The notes beneath the pieces are model-generated. The model searched no databases. It worked only from the letters and a program-made list of their open reading frames with translations, and was not told the origin of the DNA. A stretch of 64,000 nucleotides of DNA, from positions 321,036,001 through 321,100,000 of the forward strand of contig OZ024742.1 of assembly GCA_964016885.1 (NCBI GenBank). The letters run 5' to 3'. A program made the position numbers and the translations under genes. Origin of the DNA: Eledone cirrhosa. Lineage: Eukaryota. Positions 53,915 through 64,000 of this stretch are shown in pieces. The first letter of the stretch is position 1, and every line of letters begins with the position of its first letter.

Positions 53915-54742
53915 CGGTGATGGGTGTGCCATGTCAATGCCGAACTACCAGCTCTTTACCAAGAAATGAAACGTGTTGTTTTCGACGTTTCCAGAAAGTA
54001 AATACATATGTACGTATGTACGTAGGTACGTAGGCATGTATGTATGTATGTATGTATGTATGTATGTATGTATGTATGTACGTAGGTATGTATGTATGTA
54101 TGTATGTATGTATGTATGTATGTATGTATGTATGTATGTATGTGTGTATGAACATTTACAACAACAACAACAGCGGCATCAAAAGATAAAGGAAAAAAAA
54201 AAACTCAAAATAACAGACACACACATACACGCACACAACAACAACAACAACATCAACTGCCACCACCACCACCACCACCGCCGCCATCACCATCACAACT
54301 TTAATAATTTTTCTGCTTTTGGCACGGATCCAGCGACTGGCCAGCGCATCACTGGTACTCTCTTTTGTTGACTCCGTGGGGATGAAAGGCAAAGTTGACC
54401 TCGGCGGGATTTGAGCTCAGAGCGTGGAGAGCCATAACTCTGTGCTGTAAAGCAATTATAATAATACTGGACTGTAATACGATCGGTTTCAACTATACAA
54501 ACTCTTGAAAGGCAACAGTTGACATAATCTTGTAATCTTGTATCAGTAATGACGGTAATACATATATATATATATGTGTGTGTGTGTGTGTAAGTGAGTA
54601 GCGTGTGTGTGTTTGTTTGTATGTATGAGTGTTGCTGTGCGCGCGCGTAAGTATGTGTGTGCGTGCGTGCATATGTATGCGCGTGTGTGTATGTCGTACG
54701 TATAAGTGTCAATAAGTGAGGGTTTTTTTTTTTTTTTTTTTT

Positions 54743-57700
54743 GCGCGCGGGGACATAGAAATAATCGGGCTGGATGCCCGATCGTGCAGTTAAACCACTG
54801 GGAGTGAAGAACCCCTAGCCCTTGTCAGGGCATTCTTCTAGGAGAAGGCATCTCAGGAAACTGGGTTAACTCCGACATAAAACCTGCGGCTCAGTAGTTA
54901 CCGATGATGTTGATCTTTTCTTCTTTTCGGGTTATAGCTACTGTCGCTCAGAGAGTGGGATTGGCTCAGTGCACAGTCTTTCCTCACTTTAAAAATATTC
55001 GTCACGCACAGGCATTGCACGAGTGCATTAATAATTATTAATAGTGTACTTTTATTATTATTATTATTATTACTATTAATATTACTTTTTTCTTTTTTTT
55101 TTTTTCTTCCAATTCAATGATGTTCCAGAACAATATAAAAGAGATAATTGGCAATTTAGGTTCTGGAACAAAAAAGATAATTGGCAATAAGGGCAGGGGC
55201 CCCAGGTTATCACAGCCTGGGCCCGCTCGTCATCGTGCCATTGTAATAGAGCCAAACAAGGCATTTAGTCTTGGCTGCTGGAACGTACGGACGTGGTTTG
55301 ACAGGGATTCCTTGGGGCGTCCTGAACGAAGGACCGCTCTTGTTGCAAAGGAGCTTCGACGTTACGATCTTGACATCGTGGCTTTATCTGAGACGAGGTT
55401 AGCTGGAGATGGTCATCTTACGGAATTTTGTGGAGAATATACATTCTTCTGGAAAGGAAGAGATGAAGGAACCAGAAGAGAGGCTGGGGTAGGATTTGCT
55501 GTTAAGACTGTACTTGTGAATAAATTAGAAGAATTCCCAGTAGGGATTAGTGAGCGTCTTATGTCCATGAGAGTTCCACTGGACAAGGGAAGATATGCTA
55601 CCCTGGTGAGTGTGTATGCTCCAACCATGAATTCTGTCGATGAAGAAAAAGTGTCCTTTTACCATGCCTTGAAAGGTGTTTTAAGAAATATCCCTCAGGC
55701 AGACAAAGTCATCGTGCTTGGTGACTTTAATGCTAGAGTGGGTAGGGATTTTAGCACATGGAATGTAATCGGAAGGCATGGGGTTGGAAAGTGTAATAAC
55801 AATGGTATGCTCTGCTGCAGATGTGTGAGGAGCTGGATCTGTGAGTTACCAACACCATGTTCCAACAAAAGAACAAATTCAAGACCACATGGATGCATCC
55901 TGCTTCTAAGGAATGGCATCTTTTGGACTACGTCCTAGTCAGGATGCGTGACAGACAGGATGTGCAGTGCGTTCGTGCTCTCCGTGGAGCTGAATGCTGG
56001 ACGGACCACCGCCTGGTACGCGCAAAAGTGAAACTAATCACTAAAGGTAAAATCCGGGCTCCTGGTGTTGCCCTGCCCAAAAGATTGAATGCTGCTCGTC
56101 TTAAGGATAAAAATGTGAAGAGGACATTGGAAGAAGAGATGCAGACTGCAGATCTTGGTGAGGATTGGCCGACCCTTAAAAAGTCGGTTTATGATGTAGG
56201 CCGGCGTGTTCTGGGATTGGTGCAGAGAAAACATCAGGACTGGTTTAATGAGAATGATGTACATATAGAAGACTTGTTGGCTGATAGGAGGCGTACTCTG
56301 TCACGCTACTTGACGGCAAAACCACAGGAGAGGAAAACGTTGCATGAGGAACTCAGGGATGTAAAATCACGTGTTAGGCGGAGTCTTTCTCAGATGAAGG
56401 ATCAGTGGTGGAGTGAGACGGCTGGTGAGATACAAACTGCGTCAGATTCCAATAACACAAAGCTGTTGTACAGTCTCTTGCGTGAGGTTTATGGACCGTC
56501 TTCTTCTTTGGTGACACCGCTTCGCAGCAAGGATGGCAAAGAACTTCTTCGTGACTCACAAGGAATTCTACGAAGGTGGCGAGAGCACTTTGATGATCTT
56601 TTGAATCAGCCGTCTGTCGTCAGTGAAGATTTCCTCAATCTCATTCCAGAAAGTCCTGTGAAAGTAGCTCTCGCAGAACCTCCGACGCTTGTGGAGGTTG
56701 CAGTGGCTATTTCGAAGCTGAACAGTGGAAGATCTCCAGGTATGGATAGCATACATGCTGAGCTCCTACAATATTGTGGTGAGAGACTCCTGCAGCATCT
56801 TCACTCTTTGTTTGGCAGGATATGGGCTAATGAATCCGTACTTGAGGACTGGAGAGATGCAGTAATGGTGGTCTTGTACAAGGGAAAGGGTAACAGGAAT
56901 GATTGTGGGAACTACAGAGGTATATCATTGCTTTCTGTCGTAGGGAAAGTTTTATGTAGGGTGCTTCTGGACCGTCTGCTGACACACATTGCAGATTGTG
57001 TTCTTCCTGAAAGTCAATCTGGTTTTCGTGCTGGACGCGGCACTACTGATATGATCTTCTCAGCTAGACAGCTCCAGGAGAAGTGCATGGAACAAGGCTT
57101 GGATCTGTATCAGGTTTTTGTCGATTTGACAAAAGCTTTCGATACTGTTAACAGAGATGCATTATGGAAGGTTCTCCAGAAACTTGGTTGCCCTGATAAG
57201 TTCCTTGCTTTAGTTAGGTCTTTCTATGACGACATGAAGGCTTGGGTTAATGTCGCAGGTAACATGTCGGAGCCTATCTCAGTAAAAAATGGAGTGAAGC
57301 AGGGGGATATTCCAGCACCGACCCTGTTTGCCATATACTTTGCAATGGTTTTCTGTATTGCATTCAGGAATTGTGAGCATGGTGTTTACATCCGATATCG
57401 AACCTCAGGCAGCGTATTTAACATCAGGGGCTTTGCTGCGAAGACAAAAGTATTTACATCAATCATAAGAGACCTCTTGTATGCAGATGATTGCGATCTT
57501 GTAGCGCACACAGAGAGTGATATGCAGCACATTTTGAATGCATTTTCTGACGCTTGCACTGCCCTAGGATTGACTGTCAGTCTCAAGAAAACCGTTGTCA
57601 TGTACCAACCTGCCCCTGGTAAGCAGTACACTGAACCAAACATCTATGTGTATGGCAAACGACTTGGAGTGGTTGATCAGTTTGTCTACCCGGGAAGCAC

Positions 57701-58828
57701 TGTCAATCGATACAGCAACCTTGACAGTGAAATCTCACTTAGGATTAGGAAAGCAAGTGATGCTTTCGGAAAGCTAGAAAGGCGACTCTGGGGTCGGCGA
57801 GACATATGCAGGAGGACAAAGGTAAAGGTGTACAGGGCATGTGTGCTCTCTTGTCTTCTTTATGCCTGCGAGACCTGGGTCACATATCGACACCACCTTA
57901 AGCAATTGGAGCGTTTCCAGCAGATGTGTCTCAGACGGATCCATGGCGTTCACTGGAGGGACCACATCAGTGATATCGAGATTTTGGAAAGCTCTATGTG
58001 TGACAGTATAGTAGCTCTTGTGCTTAAGCAACGAATCCGTTGGAGTGGTCACCTTGCCAGGATGAAGGATTCTAGAATACCAAAACAACTCTTTTATGGA
58101 GAGTTGGTTAAAGGAAAATGACCGCCACATAAACCAAAAAAGAGGTATAAGGATTCCTTGAAAGCCTCTCTGATAGACGCTAACATCTCTGCTGATACAT
58201 GGGAAAATGTTGCTGCTGATCGTAATAAATGGAGAAAGACTGTATATGAGGGAAAAGTTGCCTTTGAGGGATCTCGAATCGCATACGAGAAAGTAAAGCG
58301 GGATGTGAGGAAGGGCATTGCTGTTGCACTTCCAGACGGCGAGGGTCCTGCTATGGTGCTGACATGCAGCGTCTGTGCGAGACTCTTCCTAAGCAAAGCT
58401 GGACTCGAAAGTCATCTTCGCAGTCATAAAGTAAGACCAGTGGTTGACTACCAAGCTGCTGTTGGAGATGCTACTCATCATGCTTGCCAAACATGTGGTA
58501 GAGAATGTAAATCAGCAGGAGGGCTCAAGCGACATGCAAAAGTACACAAACTCCAACCACAGCCGACTATTCCCAGTGAATGTTTTGGTTGCCGACTCTG
58601 TGCAAAACATTTTAGATCATTGGCTGGGCTAAAAAGCCACATTCGATCGCAGCGCTGTTAGTTGCTATCGTGTGTGTGTGCCTGTGTATAGATATGCTTA
58701 TGTGTGTGCGTGTGTGTGTATGTATATATGTATATGTATATTATTATTGTTGTTGTCGTTATTATTATTGTTGTTATTATTATTATTATTATTATTGTTA
58801 TTAATGTATGTGTGTGTGTGTGTGTGTG

Positions 58829-58899
<71 letters not shown>

Positions 58900-58978
58900 A
58901 TTTATTTATTTATTAATTTTTTTTTTTCTCTCCTCGTGCAATGGCCATACTCGATAACGAGGGGGCAGCCATCATCAT
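54743..58978 (+). mobile_element. Near full-length RTE-clade LINE
   Basis: 5'UTR with CTAGGAGAAGG, a single long APE-RT-ZnF frame, and a 3' tail ending (CAT)n. Confidence 0.95.
55117..58661 (+). pseudogene. RTE polyprotein (APE endonuclease, reverse transcriptase, three C2H2-type fingers), disrupted
   Basis: Motifs WNVRT, LSETR, VYAPT, LGDFNARVG, NYRGISLLS, QSGFRAGRGT, FVDLTKAFD, GVKQG and LLYADD. One frameshift near 55810 and in-frame TGA at 55842 and 58119. Confidence 0.95.
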
Positions 58979-59076
58979 GTATGTATGTAGATACGTAGGT
59001 ACGTAGGTACGTATGTATGTATGTATGTATGTATGTATGTATGTATGTATGTATGTATGTATGTATGTATGTATGA

Positions 59077-59108
<32 letters not shown>

Positions 59109-59305
59109 GTAGATAAATCTACCAAAAGTTTACGGTAGTGTCCAATCCGTATGAAGAACTCAATGTAATCCGGATATCATGGAAAGAAGAGATGCATTCA
59201 AAAATCACTTTCGGTGAAAGATAAACGGAATACAGAGTCAAGATAAAATATTAAAAAAATAATGAATAAAACAATGAAACAGTTCCTTATATTAAACAAA
59301 AAAAG

Positions 59306-59458
59306 TTCATTATTTAACGATCGTTTCTAGGACATATATGTGTTAGAATTGGCATGCATATTCAAAAGATCTATGTACAAAATTATACAAAATTATACAA
59401 ACTATCAAATAGAATATACATACCAACACATACATATGCCGTCTTCAGAAATAATGAA
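59306..59458 (-). ncRNA. Type I hammerhead ribozyme with very long stem II loop
   Basis: The minus strand reads TTCATTATTT-CTGAAGA-CGGCATATGTATGTGTT..~80 nt..AACACATATATGTCCTA-GAAA-CGATCG-TT-AAATAATGAA, with a perfect 10-bp stem I. Confidence 0.82.
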
Positions 59459-59882
59459 GTATATCTATTGATAATAACAACAATTCAAAATTATAGGTCT
59501 GTTTGGGAACAGATTTTAAATAGACCAATGAAATACATAAAAATACATCAAGAAAATACAGTTAGGTGTGTGTATATATGCAAGTAACTTCGTTCACAGA
59601 TATGCATAAAAATGTATGTTCACATGCATACGCATGTCGAAAAAGTGTATGTAAATACAAAAATTCAGGGCTAATGTCTCTGTATGTTTATAATCCACAG
59701 ACAAAATACACATACGTATACATACATATATACACTCATATATACACACATATACATACATTCATACACACACACACGCATATACACATAAAACACAAAC
59801 ATACACATACCCACGAACACACACACATATATATATATATTTATATATGTATGTATGCATCTATATATGTATATACGTATAT

Positions 59883-59964
<82 letters not shown>

Positions 59965-60204
59965 AATTTCTGCGTTTAGGTCCATTGATATGATCGTTAA
60001 ATTTCACACACTCACCTACACACACCCAAACTCATATATATATATATATATATATATATGCCAATACTGGAATTGTATAATCAAGACCGTAGCGGTATGT
60101 CATATATATATATATTATATATATATATATATATATACATATGACAGTAGAAATATATTGAATGTCTATATGTATAATATTTATATATATATGTCTGTTT
60201 GTAT

Positions 60205-60336
<132 letters not shown>

Positions 60337-60403
60337 CATATAGGCATTCAAATAATTTCTAATGTCAGGTATGTGTATATATCTATGCATTATATATATA
60401 TAG

Positions 60404-60513
<110 letters not shown>

Positions 60514-60854
60514 CACTATACTAATTGATATACCATATACCACTCCTCTGACTTGCGACACTATTAAATAAAAAGTTATATTTAAGATAAAAACAGCACA
60601 TTCATGTCGGTAAGATTGCAGAGTGAAAAACACTGGCAACTTACGTACATTTACACACAGGTACAATACGCATGCGCAACTACACACTCACAAACTGAAA
60701 TACTTACACAAACATACAAACACTTACGCATGCACAGCTTCTTACACACGTACACAAATACACTAACACTGTTAAACATATTGATACAGACAAACACACA
60801 AACACATATCCGCAAATTTTAACACTAGCACACACTCTCTCACACATACACATA

Positions 60855-61250
60855 CACATGTCCCCCTGCATACACACTCACTCACACACACATGTCTCCC
60901 CCTCTACACACACACACAGGCATGTCCCCTCCACACACACACACATATGTCCCCTGCAACACACACACACATCTGCCCCTCCACACACACACATATGTCT
61001 CCCTCCACACACGCACATATCCCCCTCCATACACACTCAAACACACATGTCCCCCTCCACACACACACACACACATATGTACCCTGCCACACACATAAAC
61101 ACACATGTCCCCCTTCCACACATACACACACATGTCCTTCTCTACACTCACACACGCACACATGTCCCCCTCCATACACATACACACACATGCCTCCTTC
61201 CACACACACACATGCCCCCTTCCACACACACATGTCACCCTCCACACACG
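60855..61250. repeat. CACACATGTCCCCCTCCACAC-type minisatellite
   Basis: Direct reading. Confidence 0.9.
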
Positions 61251-61426
61251 CACACATATAAACGAACAGAAACACAATCACATACCACATACTTCTGTGC
61301 TCAAGTGCGTGTATGTGTGTAATTAAATCCATGTTTTGGCTTAAACCAGATATCTATTGGATGAGATGGTTTCATCAACGCACTTGATATATTCCGTGTA
61401 TTTAAGCAAGGGTTAAGGGTTATGCA

Positions 61427-61495
<69 letters not shown>

Positions 61496-61501
<6 letters not shown>

Positions 61502-62724
61502 GTGAGGTTTTTTTTACTAAATGAAAACTAACCGAGGTGTCCTACACGAGTGAAAGTATAAGGGAAAAAGAGGAAATTGAAAATGCAACTGGAGTCTTTT
61601 TTTTTTAAATATATATTTATTTGGTTCCTTTACCGGTTTCGCAGTTCTTCTGCTTTTCAAAAGTAGAATTGAGATGGAGGGTCTGTGGTTTTTCTCACAT
61701 CTGGTTGGTCTTTGAATGTTACTTCTGTTTTATATGGAAAAAAGTGGCTCGAAATGCCTGGTTTTTAGAGAAGTAATTTGGTTGGTTGGTGAATAAGTAT
61801 AATAAATTTCGCGCCAGTTCGCGTTACAAAGTTCTTCAAAGAAAGGGGGGTTGTTTTTTCACATATGAGTGAAGTTTGGTTGGTTGATGCAGTCACGTGA
61901 ATAAGCACATCAGCTTTCGCGCCAGTTTGTGTTTGAATTTCTTTTTACATAGAAAAAGGTGGCTCACGAAGGCTTTTTTTATAAATGTAATTTGATTGGT
62001 TATAAATAAAATTATGAGTGTCACGTGAACAAGTATATTAAATTTCGCGCCCGTATTCTGGAATTTTGTTATAGCCATTTAGAGAATTTTGTGCCAAACA
62101 AAAGATAAGGGTCAAGAAAAAGGGATGGGGAGAGTTGTTCTGAGTATGACTGATGTGCTGAAATGTAATTTGATTGGTTATAAATGAAATTATTATTGTC
62201 ACGTGAACATATAATTAAATTTCGCGCCCGTATTTGGGAATTTATTTTGTAGCCCTTTAGAGAATTTTTTGCCAAACAAATGGTCAAGAAAAATGGGATG
62301 GGGAGAATTATTCTGGTTCAGTGAATATGGCTGGTATGCTGGAGTGTCAGAATTCAGACTTTCTATTGAAATAAAGAAAGTAGAGATATGTATGTTTATT
62401 TGTGTGCTTGTGTGTGTGTGTGGGAAGATGATTCTATTAGAAGAAATGGGGGAGGGAGTTGTGTGTGTATGGGTGTTATGTGTGTGTGTATGTGTGTGTG
62501 GGAGTATGGTTAGCATGTTAAGATGGAGAGAATATATATATTTTGTGTGTGTGTGTAAAACAGAAGTAACATTCAAAGACCAACCAAATGTGAGAAAAAC
62601 CACAGACCCTCCATTTCAATTCTACTTTTGAAAAGCAGAAGAACTGCGAAACCGGCAAAGGAACCAAATTAATATATATTTAAAAAAAAAAGACTCCAGT
62701 TGCATTTTCGATTTCATCTTTTTT

Positions 62725-62729
<5 letters not shown>
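61496..62729 (-). mobile_element. Penelope-like remnant with inverted terminal repeats in (TA)n
   Basis: 61557-61731 is the reverse complement of 62556-62729, and both arms hold the U3-A8 hammerhead. The interior has repeated AAATTTCGCGCC-containing units. Confidence 0.75.
61627..61664 (-). ncRNA. Hammerhead with U3-A8 core variant
   Basis: The minus strand reads CTT-TTGAAAA-GCAGAAGAACTGC-GAAA-CCGG-TA-AAG. The inverted copy at 62624-62661 has TA changed to CA. Confidence 0.65.
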
Positions 62730-62786
<57 letters not shown>

Positions 62787-63434
62787 GGGGGGGGGGTGAG
62801 TATGTGTGTGCCTATAAATAATTATTTTCTTGTGTGTTTTTTGGTATGTATTTATGTGTGTGAGTGTATGTGTGTGATAGAATGTCTGTATGTGCATGAG
62901 TGTGTGTGCGAGCTTGTGTGTGAGTGTATAAGTTCGTGTGTGTGCGTGTGTTTGAAGAACCAAATATATTTTTTCAATGAATTGAACAATAATAAACACA
63001 ATTATAAATATCAATAACAATATCAACAATAACTAAAACAATAACTACAATCAGCAAGGAAGCCATAGTTTCATTGATTGTGTTGCTAGAAATAACAGAT
63101 TAATCTCTCTCAAATCACACATTGAAATAAAAGGAAAAACACAGGACAATATAGTTTCAGATATATAAAAAATGATGGCTCAATCACGGGTAGAACGGCT
63201 TGAATCACATGTCTATTACAGAGGTTCTCAAACTTTTGGGGCCACACCCCTCACGACAACGTATACCCCGCCCACCAACCATATTTCAAGAGAGAGACAT
63301 GAAAATTGTAAATCATATATCAATAAATATACCTACTCAACGCCCCCCGGGGGCCGTAGCGCCCACTTTGAGAAGCTCTGGTCTACTAGATTAAGTCTGA
63401 TATTGGGCTAAACAACAACTTCCGTATATTTCCA

Positions 63435-63985
63435 GTGGATTGGCAGTAATGGTAGAACATCAGACACCATGCTTTGCAGCATACAGTTATGGCCCTTTAC
63501 GTTCTGAGTACAAATCCCACCGAGGTTAACTTTATCTTTCTTCCTTACGGTGCCGATAAAATAAAGTACCAGTAATGAACTGGGGTAATTGCTGGCCTTG
63601 TGCCAAAAGTAGAAACAATTATTTCATTATTATTGCATTAGTATTGACAGCGTTGATGGCATTGAATTGGTAGAATCGGTAGAGCGTCGGACATCATACT
63701 TACCTCCATATGCTTTGCGGCATATAATTACCTCCCTTTACGTTCTGAAGTCAAATCCCACCGAGCTTAGCTTTGCCTTTCATCCTTACGGGGTCGATAA
63801 AATAAAGTAAAAGTAACACACTGGTGTCGATTTAATTGACTTTCCCATTTCCCTAAAATTGTTGGCAGTGTGCCTAAATCAGGTCGGTGGATTAGGAGAA
63901 TCATTAGAACGTCAGACAAAATGTTTTACGGCGTTTAATAATGGCTCTTTCAGTCAGGGTTCAAATCTGGTCGAGGTCAACTTTA
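63435..63985 (+). mobile_element. Three head-to-tail tRNA-SINE copies (63435-63621, 63656-63880, 63886-63985)
   Basis: Same family as 5871-6057, with increasing divergence. Confidence 0.85.
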
Positions 63986-64000
63986 GCTCACCTTCTAGGC

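Noticed and set aside
54743-55010. HDV-like ribozyme in the RTE 5'UTR (known in some RTE elements)
   Set aside because: I could not build the nested double pseudoknot by eye. It needs a descriptor search.

Overview
Eukaryotic, AT-rich, microsatellite-saturated genomic DNA. The SINE and repeat landscape is most consistent with a cephalopod such as Octopus, but this is an inference. I could not support any host protein-coding gene, and most predicted ORFs are translations of simple repeats. Large features are a decayed CR1-group LINE (0.4-3.0 kb), a 10.5-kb 24-bp satellite enclosed by 31-bp inverted repeats (25.7-36.7 kb), and a young RTE LINE with three C-terminal C2H2-type fingers (54.7-59.0 kb) plus its short bipartite derivatives. 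There are also Penelope-like (GIY-YIG) and CRE-like remnants, two non-autonomous Helitrons, MITEs, many tRNA-derived SINEs and a 5S fragment. The most striking hidden signal is a population of short, often fold-back (palindromic) elements in or beside (TA)n tracts. Together they carry roughly 15-20 type I hammerhead ribozyme motifs of several unrelated families on both strands. One family has a compensatory U3-A8 core, and one fold-back carries two divergent tRNA-like units. All folds were read by eye, and coordinates of degenerate elements are approximate.
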